Shown: positions 38,646 through 51,721, counted from the whole stretch's first letter. The stretch: DNA of 62,935 bases, filler included, from Octopus bimaculoides (GCF_001194135.2; 7 parts of 6 records of this genome joined end to end with filler, not necessarily neighbours in it); one strand, 5' to 3'. Notes: a model not told the origin generated them from the sequence alone. Program-made: numbers and translations.

Positions 38646-39417
38646 ATCCTAATCATGTATCGGCTTAATGATAAGTAAATGGAAACAAAGTGGCTCAAAG
38701 ATAATTCTAAATTGTGGCAGTTCATATTTATATTTTGGCATGGCACCGGGTTGGTAAATTGACAACATATTTAATTCTGTGTAGTCCAATTGAAAGATTA
38801 TTACAACACTTCATAGCAGCCTTTTAATTGTTAAAACAGTTTAGCTAACGTTCGCTGTTATGTTAAAATATTCTCGTGATTACATCGCAGAAAATTTATG
38901 TTGTTTTATGCTAAACACAGACAACAGGTGGGAAGAGTGGCTCTATGGATCTTGGCGTGGAATTCTACATTATGTCCTGTTAAATGACCATCCTTCCGTA
39001 CTATACACTCTTATGAACTTACAATAGAGCCTATAGAGGTCGGGATGGCCTTACAGAAGTAGCAGCTATTTTTTCCTCAAATGTCAAATGAATCTATAAT
39101 GAGGCGTGCAGGTTCATTTCGATGCGTGTAAGTTCATTTTTGATATGCTCATCTATTGTTTATAACGAAAAAAAGAGAAGAGAAAAAAAGAAGGGAAAAA
39201 AAGGAAGCTGCACGTATAATACATAACTTAGAAGCAGCGCTACAGATGTACCAACAACACACGAGATCGAAACATGGCCGACTTCACGCACTTCTCATGA
39301 GGAATTCCGGAAGGAGCTTTGTGAGATAACTGCTGAGACGCTTCCGAAAAAATAAAAAATAAAAAAGAGAAAAGCCGTTGGAAAACCGATAATAGCAGCG
39401 ACTCTATCTAAGAATAT

Positions 39418-39449
39418 CTGAAGAAGGAATTTTATTCCGAAATACCATC
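39418..39449 (+). ncRNA. Degenerate hammerhead-like motif
   Basis: CTGAAGA-A-GGAAT-TTT-ATTCC-GAAA-TACC-ATC. Core and 5-bp stem II are intact, but there is no convincing stem I. Confidence 0.4.
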
Positions 39450-39949
39450 AGACTAATGGATGACTAAATTACAACAGACATATAGCCCATTGTTTGTATT
39501 ATAGTGCATTGTTGTACCATTCAAAACTTTTTATTCTTTATAAGGATAAGGCGTTGAAGAATGAATGTAGTCCTTCATATACACGAATGTTTTTCAACCC
39601 TTTTCTACCTGCAGATCAATTTGATGGCTATTTTACCCGAATGGACCCACCTAACGTGCGATTAAAAAATAAGCATCCTATTATATTTTTAAAAATAGAT
39701 ATTGGTTTCAAATTTTGGCACAAGGCCAGCAATTTCGGGGATCGGAGAAGTCGATTATATCGACCCCAGTATTCAACGGCTATTTATTTTGTTGATCCCG
39801 AAAGGAGATGAAAGGATGATGCTTCTGCCTTTCATTTCGAAAAGAGATGAAAATAAAGGCAGATGAAATGCCGCTAAGCATTTTACCAAGTGTGCTAATG
39901 CTTCCGCCAACTCACCACCTCCTTTGTAATTAGATATTATTAAGAATTC

Positions 39950-40480
39950 TTTTCTTTTACCTGTTTCAGTCATTTGATTGCGGCCATGATGGGGAACAAC
40001 CTTGAAGGGATTTTTAGTAGAAAAAGAAACGACTCAGTACATATTTTCTTAAGCCTAATAATTATTCTATGGGACCCTTGTGCCGAACCGCTATGCTATG
40101 GGGACGTAAACACACCAACACTGGTCAAGCGGTGGTCGGGGACAAAGACAGTCACAAACACACACGCACACACACACACACACACACGCACACACACACA
40201 CAATGCAAACACCCCCTACACACACATATCTATCTATCTACCTATATAATCATAAATATACAGGGATTAGCTTGAGTTGCTTCTCCAACATATCTACCTA
40301 TATATATAGATATATATATGACGGGCTTCTTTTAGTTTCCATCTACCAAAGCCAGTCTCAAAGCTTTGATCAGCCCGAGAGTATAGCAAAAAAGACTCGC
40401 TCAAGGTGCCACGAACTGAGGCTGAACCAGGACCAATGTGGTTAGGGTGCAAACTTCTTATCACAGAGCCGCGCCTGCAT
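39950..40480 (-). mobile_element. SINE family A, full length, inverted
   Basis: Tail at 39950-40160, CA/TA microsatellite, head at 40320-40480. Confidence 0.8.
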
Positions 40481-43417
40481 CTAATTTCAAAAGTGTTTTG
40501 TGCTTTGTAGAAATATAACCAATTTATTCCATATAAATTTGCACGCTAAAATTGCATATAGACCCCCGATATTCACATGAACCCCGCTAGAAAACCACTG
40601 ATATATACAGAGATATGATGATAATTGTTGAAATGTAATTGGCCGTATATTTGCTAGAGTAGCATTGACTGCAGATAAATGAGAAAGTAATGCGTAGAGA
40701 AATGTCATGCATACATCATTCAAATTAGAGTAGAAATCATAAATGGCCGGAGGAAAAAGCATGAGAAAGTGTTTGCTGACATTTCGAAACCAGAGTGATC
40801 AACGGAGTGTTTTTTTAAATCAGAATTGAGGAGGAAATAAACGTAGATAAACTACAGGAATCAGAGAATTAGACAGCTTTTCTTTGAACAAAAATCATGA
40901 ATTTTCCTATCTTCCCTTTATCTAAGTGCACTAGTTAATGAAGGTCATGACTACGGGCAGGGGAAAAGGAACGGTTGTGTTACATTACGTATCCGGACAC
41001 ATTTTGAAAGCATATTATCACTTCCTTTCAATAGACAGGTAATAGTCTTAACCTTTCCATTCAAAGGTACCATATAAAAAATTCAGAGGTAACCATGTTC
41101 AGTAACTTTGAAGGTGCAATTAGAAATGTCATGATTTACGTTACGTTAAACTTTAAATTCTCGATACGTTCATATACACCCACACATATGTATAATATTT
41201 ATATACGATATTTTATTTTATGGGATTTCATTTACATGTGAAAGATTAATCTCTGTTACAATTGAAAGAAATTACTTTTGACTCTTTCGACTGAAGATGT
41301 ATGATTCTAAACTCTGAAGCCCTTGGAAATACAGTTTTGTTTTTTCGATATTTCATGAAAATTGTTGGTGTATTTCATTTTACTTTTTAGGAGCAGTTGA
41401 AGCCATAAAAAATGTGTAATAAGTAAGTCTATATATAAAATAAATACAACCTACTAAATTCGACATTGTTGCTTCTCTTCAGATCATACTATCGAATGGT
41501 ACTTTGAATAAATATTATTTCCTCGTATTTTTCTTCTGATGTCAGCTCAGCCGATCAAAGGACAAACAAAAAAAAAAAAAGGATATAACTTCCCATAAAA
41601 TGTAAAACGCACCTCGGATTACTACCAATTTCTAGCTCACATTCTATGCCCATTTATGCTTCATTATAGCGTCACCTTCTCTTCGGCTTTATGTTCTTAA
41701 CCTTTGTTAGCAATTCCCAACTGTATCCCATCTCTTCCATCATATCACTTTTACGCTGATACTAAAAAAAATTCTCGTTAAGTCGCTAGCTTTCCTTAGG
41801 CAATTTTCTCTTCAGATCTTACAGCATTAAATTATACAACTCTTCTATAGATATAAATCTCTCCCCGCTTCTCTCTCTTTCTTTCTCCTTCATGTAAAAC
41901 CTTATCTGCCTTTAATGTTATCCGCCATTTCCGACCAATTTATTTATCTTTTAACTCATCTATCTAGGAATCTTCACTGCTGTCAACTATTTCAATAATG
42001 AGGAATAACATTTAGTTTCATTTTTTCCTTTATTTTTCGCATATTTGCATCTGTATTTCTTCGTCGCTAATTGTCTTGTTTTCGACATACATACGAAACT
42101 TAAGGCTTACTATGACAGTTTAGCTCTTGCTATGTATTTCAGTACTAGATTTAAACAATGACACGCGCACACACCTTCCAACTACATAAAGTAATGACTG
42201 CAGTGACTGTGTTTTGTACACCTGGTTATATTTCCATTACACTCGTTTCGGTGACATTAAGTGAACGATAGGAACATATTCACCTGCTAAGAACACCAAT
42301 GCATATATGACAGGCGGATTTTTCCGGCAGTGAAATTTAACAGCAACAAGTAACATTTGCTAATTTTACAGTGTTGCTGAGCGTAGGCTCGAAACATAAA
42401 AGACGTTCTCACTTTGCTGAGCGTCAAACTAATTCACCCGCTTGTTGTTCATACACCTGTCGTCGTCTTTTGTTTTTCTGTAAATTTCCACTATGTATGT
42501 ATGTATGTATGTATGTATGTATGTATGTATGTATGTTTGTATGTATGTATGTATGTATGATAAAAGGATGTATTAAAAGGGACTGAACGCAAAGGGTTGA
42601 TTTTTGTTATAGTTCTGCAGTAATACTCTCGACATGTCTTATACGTCTTCAACTTATTCTTATTAATAGAAAACAATAAGCTCTTTGTTATATATTTGGT
42701 GTGTACGTGGTGATAACTAGCCTTTACGATTCCACTGTCGAAGAATTTGCATACAATTTTAAACTTCATTTGATACATCTATATCAAATGATCAGCTGGG
42801 AATTGAGACAGAACTTTTCCTGTGATTTATGACCGCAAGCCATTTATCACTGCAAGTACATACTCGCTGTCTCAACAATGGCGACTGTTTCTCTGTCACT
42901 TTTCTTCCCTACTAATAAATATTATTTTGGTATTGGTTATTTTTTATATATTTATTCCCTTGTTCCATATTTGGTTTCTGTTATATATTGCGTGTTTTTG
43001 TCCTTAGATTTTTATTTTTCTGACAGATACTCATATACTTTTATTATGTATTTATCATATTTTAGTACATTCCTTTTTATTTTATCTGCGGTTTTATACG
43101 TAGTTTTATTTCATTTCATTTTATAACGGAAAACTATCTTGTTACACTTTTATTATCTGGTTCATTTCAATTCACATTATTAGGATGATCTCCTCTCGCA
43201 GGTGAAGACTTGACTTCGCACTGTATACATTGTACATTGTCATATTTGATTTGCACTATTATTTTCCGTTAACTAATTATGTTATGATTTTCACAGATGG
43301 CAATAAGTGAGCAGAATCTTTACTACGTCGGATAAAAGTAGTTAAAGGAATTTCTAACTGCACTTTACATTCGAACTTCAAATTGCACAGAGTCGAATAT
43401 ATATATATATATATATG

Positions 43418-44281
43418 ATACAAAGAATATATATGCATGTATACACACATATAAGTAGATACTTACATCTACATGTTACATAGATGCATATCAGGGTACA
43501 GGACGTTAGAACAATGAAATACAGACCACGGAACGAACACATAGGAAAACAGATAGCTACATGGAATTAATCCTTCTTCAGCTGCCTCTATTCTAACTAG
43601 ACGTTTCGAAAATAAGGCAGAACGTACTCTAGAATAGTCTCTTCTTGAGTAGTGGATCGACTCACTAAACAGAGGATTCCAAGGTGGCAAACACAAACCA
43701 AGACAGGAAAAAATGGACAGCGGAAACAACATTAAAAAGCCGTACGGCCATACGCGAATCTGATATAGAACGCTAGCAGTTCGTCTCGCCTCTATAGTGG
43801 CTGGAGTGAAAAGAGAGTTGACCACAGGTCACACGTGAGCAGAGAGGATGGAAGAGGGAGGAAGTGTAACAGGGAGGAAGAGAGAGATGTGTATAGCAGT
43901 GAAGTAGAAGCCAGGACAACAGAAGGAAGCAGAGCGAGAGGGAGAGATGGGTAAGAAGAAAGATAGATAGCTAGATAGATAAAGGGATAGATAGAAAGAT
44001 AGAGAAAGATAGATAGATAGCTAGATAGATAGATAGATAGAAAGATAGAGTCGCGTCAGAATAATAAAGTACAAACTTACTTGCAAAAAGGACGCGTGCG
44101 TTCGATGATGTAATAATACAAAGAATATATATGCATGGATACACACTTATATGTACATACTTACATCTACATGTGTATATAGATGCATATCAGGGTACAG
44201 GACGTTAGAACAATGACTACAGACCACGGAACGAACACATAGGAAAACATAGCCACATTGAATTAATCCTTCGTCAGCTGC
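43418..44281. repeat. ~165-bp direct repeat pair (43418-43585 and 44116-44281), PLE pseudo-LTR-like
   Basis: ATACAAAGAATATATATGCATG...CAGGGTACAGGACGTTAGAACAATG...GAATTAATCCTT..TCAGCTGC occurs twice. Diverged relatives at 45960-46230 and 37330-37400. Confidence 0.8.
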
Positions 44282-44423
44282 ATATATAGTTGAAAATATG
44301 CGGAAACAAAAATATATGAAATATAATTTTTTTTTCCCACGTATTTTCAACTCATAATTTTGCCACGTGGTGTATACTGAAACATAAGTATCTTTACACC
44401 TTGTATATTTTTATATTTCTACT

Positions 44424-44465
<42 letters not shown>

Positions 44466-44963
44466 GTGTATGTATATATATATATATGTGTGTGTGTGTA
44501 TGCATATATATATATATATATATATNNNNNNNNNNNNNNNNNNNNNNNNNNNNNNNNNNNNNNNNNNNNNNNNNNNNNNNNNNNNNNNNNNNNNNNNNNN
44601 NNNNNNNNNNNNNNNNNNNNNNNNNNNNNNNNNNNNNNNNNNNNNNNNNNNNNNNNNNNNNNNNNNNNNNNNNNNNNNNNNNNNNNNNNNNNNNNNNNNN
44701 NNNNNNNNNNNNNNNNNNNNNNNNNNNNNNNNNNNNNNNNNNNNNNNNNNNNNNNNNNNNNNNNNNNNNNNNNNNNNNNNNNNNNNNNNNNNNNNNNNNN
44801 NNNNGTAGTATATTGTCAACTTAATGTGACAATCCCAATAAGGGAATACACTACTGCCGTTTAGCCCTAGGAAGCTGGACCGCTTCCTGTCGGCCTTGAC
44901 ACAATTACTGTGTCCTTAAGTTTGTGAAGGGGAGACAAGCTCCCCCACCCAGCCTAGCCAGCA

Positions 44964-45006
44964 TTCAGGGACATGTTTCTGAGTCTTTGCTCGTCATCAG
45001 CCTGAA
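44964..45006 (-). ncRNA. Minimal type I hammerhead ribozyme, apparently intact
   Basis: Minus strand reads TTCAGG-CTGATGA-C-GAG-CAAAGA-CTC-A-GAAA-CATGTC-CCTGAA. It has a perfect 6-bp stem I (TTCAGG/CCTGAA), canonical CUGAUGA and GAAA core, 3-bp stem II, palindromic stem III (ACATGT) and a GUC cleavage triplet. Confidence 0.85.
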
Positions 45007-45343
45007 GTAGCTTGCCAGCTGGATAGGGAGGCCTGTTTCTCCTTCACAAACTTATGTAAATCATAGTGAAGTTCATTCACTGATCAGATACATATATATA
45101 TAAGCATTTATGTATGTATAGCTAAAACGAAGAGTGAGTGAGTTTGCTACGATTGTTCCGATTCCACTTTATTTCAAACTATTAATGACAACGTGGGAAT
45201 TATAAAAATCAAAAGTGCCCACGTCAATGTAGAACGGTTGGCGTCCAGTTATGCGTAAGCAACTATAACGATTTCTACTCGCGGTAATAATGTTCTTCCA
45301 TTATCTCAGATTACATCTTCCATCGTTTCTTTTCTGTATGTAG

Positions 45344-45395
45344 AAGCGGGAGACTGAGTGGACAAAGGAAAGAAACTCGCTACTCAGCATATTTG
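45344..45395 (+). CDS. Candidate 52-nt exon
   Basis: Strong acceptor TTTCTTTTCTGTATGTAG| and donor TTG|GTAAGT. Open as KRETEWTKERNSLLSIF or SGRLSGQRKETRYSAYL. Confidence 0.3.
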
Positions 45396-47539
45396 GTAAG
45401 TGTTGCATAGATTATTTAATAACTGTTTCGAACATGCCCCATACTCTTTAGTTTCCTGACGAGTGCCAACTTATATCAAGTCGCGAATATGTAACATATA
45501 TGTGTACGTGAGAGAGAGGGAGAGAGAGAGAGGGGGGAGAGAAAGGGAGAGAGAAAGACAGACAGACTGACAGCGACATAAGGAGAAAAAGAGAGACAGA
45601 CAGAGAGCTAGATAATAAAGATAGATAGATAGATACATTTCTTTTATTAGCCACACAGGGCTCAACGAAGATGGGACAAATACAATGTAGAGCTATTCTT
45701 TTTGGGAGGGGGAAGGAAAAAAAAAAGGGGGGGTCGATCAAAAGGGATCGTAGGAAGGAAAAGGAGGTAGTTCGATCAAAAGGGATCAAAAANNNNNNNN
45801 NNNNNNNNNNNNNNNNNNNNNNNNNNNNNNNNNNNNTTAATTAATTAANNNNNNNNNNNNNNNNNNNNNNNNNNNNNNNNNNNNNNNNNNNNACATATAA
45901 ACACAAATAGTAAATGAGTATATGCATATATACGTACAGGTATGTGCATACCGACATCCACCTGTATGTATAGGTGCATATCTGGGTACAGGACATTGCA
46001 AACAAAACGTAGACGAGAAAACACACAAGCCACATAGAGAACATTCTTCTTCATCAGCTACCCCCGTTTTAACACCGGCGTTTCGAAGAGCTGGGCAGGA
46101 CGCATCGCTAAAACGGCTCTTCCCATGGACCGCAAATTAAATTTGTATACACAAATTAAACCTTGCCATGGAGGAATGTAGTGGCGGACAAAAAACAAGA
46201 CAGGAAAACAAACAGAAGAGGCTATACGGCCAACCCTTAAAGGTAGCATATTAAAAGGGTCCTTGGGAAAATTCATTTAAATAAAAAGGCTGGGAACCAC
46301 TGTTGGGAGCCACTGTGAAATGGTTGGGATCCACTGATATAAACTCTGGTTAACATTTATCTGTAATAAATGGCTTATTCGTCTTCAAAACATCAAATAT
46401 GTTAATTTTTTTTATATGTAATTCTTAATGTTTGATTCTGAAAATATAATTTTTTTTTAAACATCGAATGGCTGACGGCCCATTCAAGTTAGATGGAAAC
46501 TAAATGGCTCAACTGTTAAGAAGTAATTAAGAAACACTAATAAAAGAGGTGAAGATATTTTCTCGAGTGATACCGACCCATAGGGGCCGGTTTCCCGGTT
46601 TTCATGGCATATATATTCCCCATCTGGACGGGACGCCGATCCGTCGCACGATTATTCGTTATTGCCAGCTGAGTGGACAGGATCAATGTGAAACGAAGTG
46701 TTTTGCTTAAGAACAGAACGCTGCGCCCGGTCCAGGAATGGAAATCACAATCGTACGATCATGAGTCCAGCAGCCTACCCACTAAGCCACACGCATCCAC
46801 TGAAAACCACTAGTTTGAGCTTCCGATCGACCTGCTAGATATGACAGTCAAATCGTTTTGAACTCTCACGCTATCTCCTAAAATAGAAGAGGAATGACTG
46901 CATGGCGGAGTCCTTGGAAGACGCTATGATTATTTCCAGAATTACTTGAATTTCAAATTTACGCTATGAATGCAAGTTTAGGGGTAAACTACGAAAGCAA
47001 GATGAACCAAAACTATAAAAAACTTAGAGGAGACAGTAGATGCCTTCTGTCGAAGTGGTTCTCAATTTCTTTCCCTTCGTTGTATACTGGATAGCAGGCA
47101 GGGTTTGGCTGAATGTTTAAGAAGCTTGCTTAACAACCAAGAGGTCTGGGATCGCTTCTACTTAGTGGTATCTTGACCATGGGATCGCTTCTACGTTGTG
47201 GCATCTTGATCGTAGGATCGCTTGCAGTTTGTGGCATATATTATCTATATTATCTTTTTGTTTAGCTTCGGCTTGACCCATTATTTGTGAGTGAAATTTG
47301 GTCGACTGAATCTGTAGAGAAGCATGTCAGGTAGGCTCTATGCGTAATTCAACGGTATAGCTTTGTCAAACATTGTCAGGCAGGTCCCCTCGGCGAATTA
47401 CGTTAAGAGCAATCATGTCTGTGGAATACTAAGGCTCTTACAAGCTAATTCAGGAGCAGGTAATTTAGTTACTCTCCCTCTCTCTCTTTCTCTGTCTCTC
47501 CCTCTCTCCTCTCTCTCTATATGTGTGTGTGTGTATTCC

Positions 47540-47587
<48 letters not shown>

Positions 47588-48399
47588 TGTGTGTGTGGGT
47601 ATGTGTGTGTATGTATGTATGTGTGTATGTATCCTATGGTAGCATGAAATTATGACATTATCATTTTAATTTCTTTGCTCAAGCGAATCCGGTCGACTAT
47701 GTAAAAAAAATATTTCATGCACACACACACACACACACACACATAGATATATGCACAGACATGACAGAATGAAATAGACATTCATATAATCATCAAAATT
47801 TATTGAAATCTGAAATTATACATTCAAATTACTTATTAATTGTTGTAATGGCAATACTTAATATTTAGTAGATATGTACATTGCATTTTTCAATGCAAGG
47901 GCACTCAGTGGGATGTTACTAATCATTTGATTTAATTCCGCATTAAAATTATTCGAATTGTAAAAAGATATATGACGTCTGTATCATTCGAAAGAAAAAA
48001 AAATCCACATAAACTGTAAAAAGTAAACTAATTCTATACACTTTTGTTAAAATACAAATTAATGAAGGAATAGAGCTGTCATCATCGATCTTAAACTTAT
48101 TTTGGCCAGTGTATATCAATGGAGGAAACTTTGGTATCGTACCTGCCATGAAATACCAATTTTTGTCGCAACTTTTAGACAAATAACAAAAGATTTACAT
48201 ATGTTTATCCAGCAAAAGAAATTAAGAAATTGAAATCTAATCCTCAACCTGAAATTGATGAATAAATACAAACATTTTTTTGATGAAATAATACGTCATG
48301 TAATACAGGCGCTCAAGACCATTTTAGCCTTTCAGTATGATCTAGGTGTTGCTTTCAAAGAAATATATTGCTAACAACCCTCAATTACGTCCCCAATTT

Positions 48400-48770
48400 C
48401 ATTACGGGAATACAGGCATTCACTGATATTGAAATATAAGATCAAAAGCTGGAAGAAAACAAAGACAAACTATAAGAACTAATCAATAACATTCTTGCAA
48501 GGTTTATCGACTTGCAGAAACTGAAGTGCTGCACCACTGGTCTTGTAAATTCATTCATGGTTGATGTAATCAAAGGCGCTTACCAATTCGCTAATGTCTG
48601 TTCATAGAATCATCTCCTATCGCGATGCAACAAATGAACTTAAAGAAAGAGAATGGATTTAAAGCGAATCCACAGATCTTAGCCTGTAACTGAATTCTGA
48701 AGCAAGTTCCTGAAATTCAATATCTTAAACTAGAAAAGGAGAGAAAAACTCGTCATTGACTCACTTCTAT
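48400..48770 (+). mobile_element. hAT (Charlie/GTF2IRD2-like) transposase remnant
   Basis: Broken translation ...LARFIDLQKLKCCTTGLVNSFMVDVI...ILKQVPE..YLKL resembles hAT C-terminal RFxDL...NPF...FWKQVPExKYPEL. Confidence 0.45.
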
Positions 48771-49068
48771 TTCATTACAGAATATTCCTTGGTACTATAG
48801 GCAGAAGGGCTGAAATTTTGGGGGAGGTGTCTAGTTGATTACATCCCCCAGTGCGCTCAATTGGTACTTCTTTCAACAATCACGGAAGGTAAAGTTGAAC
48901 CTACGTGGCATTTTAACTCAGAACATAAAGACAGACGAAACGCCGCTAAGCGTTTAGTCCGAGACGCAAAGGCTCGGCCAGCTTGTCGCCGATGGAATTT
49001 GAACTTAGAATGTGAAGATTCGGAACAAATACTGCATATGGTGTAGTGGCTAAGATTCTAGGCAGTGA

Positions 49069-49140
<72 letters not shown>

Positions 49141-49789
49141 TAATAATAATAATAAAACGCTTTCAATACAGTAACCATAAGAGCAACACTGCAAACCACA
49201 GCACAAACCCAAGGCACACAGAGCTGCGCTNNNNNNNNNNNNNNNNNNNNNNNNNNNNNNNNNNNNNNNNNNNNTTAATTAATTAANNNNNNNNNNNNNN
49301 NNNNNNNNNNNNNNNNNNNNNNNNNNNNNNACAAAGTTATTTTATTCCACAAGTGTAGAAATATAGGACAAATAGAAGCTAAAAATGCACTGAGAATTGC
49401 TAAAATATTTTTTTATTATTCTATTTAAAGATTTAACCTGTTTCACAGTTGACGCTGATTTTCAACATGTTGAAATAGAAAGACGAGGCTAATGTCGCAG
49501 CTGTCGTGCTTCAGACTAGTGTTTGAAGCCCACCTTATTTCTATAGGGACTTCATGGTTCAAATTTGTATATGTTTTGAAAGGGACTTGACTGGTAGAGG
49601 ATAGTCAAATAACTAGTCTTAGAATTTTTGTAGCTTCCCCACAACTTCAGAGTGTTAGTATCAAGTGACAATGCTAGGTCTCATAAGATAAGATTGATAC
49701 GGTTGACTGAACGTGTCTACGTGTCTAGTGACAGTACAAAACAATCAATACTCTGAATGCTTTCTGTCAAGCGTTTGTAGAGAATGAAC

Positions 49790-50735
49790 ACGAGATCAAA
49801 TTTAGAACAACGCTTTTGACTTCGATGATAACATTTACAAACAAATATCTGAGACTGCGGTGGCGACAAAAGTTGTTCCGACTTACGCCAAATTAGTCAT
49901 GGCCTACATGTAGATTCTGATATATGAACAATCGAAAATAAAATATGGCTTCAACTTCCACTAATATCTACTAGAAAACTGGAAACGTTACCTAGATGAC
50001 TTATGGCCACATACATTTGAACAGCTTATAGATTTCAAAACCATAATTAACTGCATAAATAATAATATCAATTTCACTATGGAATACTGTAAAAGCCAAC
50101 TACCTTTCTTGTATATACTAAACATCGAAAGAGATTAAAGCATCTATATAGACATAGACATTCACTACAAACAAACATTTTCTAAACAATACCTATTGTT
50201 CTACTCATACCATCCGAAAGAGACAAAGAATAATATTCCCTTAGAATCTGCACAGTTTTCTCGGACACTGAAACTAGCAATAAAAGACTCCAGGAACTAA
50301 AACAAATACTACTTAAAAGATAATATTCATCAATGTTAATTGACAACGAAATAGAAGGAGCCAACGCAATAAATATCCAAGAACTACGGAAAACGTAAAA
50401 CGCTCCGGATACATCCAATATTCTAACCTTTATTACAACACAACCCAATAATCACAGAAGTTAACAATATCATCCACCAAAACATCTTACTTCTCACATA
50501 AGACCCAAGAATGAAACAAGCATTCGAAACACACAACATAATCAAAAGTAAAAGACAATCAAAGTCCCACAAGATGTTTCTCATCAACGCTAAATTACCT
50601 TCTACAAGTCCCACACAAACACTCAAAATGTTCCCCCTCCCCAATTGCGTGACTTGCATCAACCTTATTGAAGACACAACATACAAATTTAAACCAGGTC
50701 AAATTTTTTCCGTAAAAAGTCATTTTACCGTAACA
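49790..50735 (+). mobile_element. Neptune-like Penelope element fragment (RT, thumb, Cys linker)
   Basis: FDFDDNIYKQISETAVATKVVPTYAKLVM, WKRYLDD, INFTMEY...LPFL, YHPKETKNNIP, RLQELKQILLKR, PNCVTC...FSVKSHFT. Stops before GIY-YIG. Confidence 0.85.
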
Positions 50736-51563
50736 AATATACCAATATGAGCCATGAGTACCCTATAAAAATAGAGCAAGCTCCAAACACTAGTCTAAAG
50801 CAAGACGGCTGCGACATAAGCCACGTCTTTCTATTGCTACATTTTGAAAGTCAGTGTAAATTGTAAAACCGGTTGAATCCTCAAGTAAATGAAATATTTT
50901 AACTATTCTCAGTGCATTTTCAAATACTACTTTTTCCTATATATATATGTGTTTGTGTGTGTGTGTGTGTGCATCTCTGTGTGTGCGTATATGCATACAT
51001 GTATCTGCGTGTCTGTTTGTGTGCGTGTATATACACACGCACGCAAACTTACTTATTCACACACACACACGCACCTCACATTCTCACATACGCGCAGACA
51101 CGCGCACACAAGGTCATATGTTCACAAACCACACTGATTCCATACCCAGACACCCTGACACCATCAATTTCCAGTGAAACCACGCAGTTAGAGAATCTCT
51201 TTTCACCTACCGGCAGCTGTGTTGAGCTTCCTGAACTTCTCTGTGCATTGGGATTCTCCTCCTTAGCCTGAAGGGACACAAAAACACATACACATAACTA
51301 TATGCATATATATTATATATACGACAGACGACTTTCAGTTTCCCTCTACAAATTCCACTCACAAGGTTTCGGTCGATCCGAAGTTATAGCAGTGGGATCA
51401 AATCTGGAACCATGTGGTTAGGAAGTAAGTTCCTTACCAACCAGGCACACCATAGGCTATACATACATACATACATATATATACATACATACATATATAT
51501 ATATATATACANNNNNNNNNNNNNNNNNNNNNNNNNNNNNNNNNNNNNNNNNNNNNNNNNNNN

Positions 51564-51594
<31 letters not shown>

Positions 51595-51656
51595 GTATGT
51601 ATATATGTATGTATATATTTATGTATATATATTCATATATGCATACATACATACAT

Positions 51657-51688
<32 letters not shown>

Positions 51689-51721
51689 CTTTACATGAAC
51701 AAATGCATATGTGTGTGTGAC

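Noticed and set aside
47361-47459. 99-nt in-frame exon candidate
   Set aside because: Matches the 3' part of SINE family E (CCCT...TACGTTAAG..CATGT), and the acceptor is weak.
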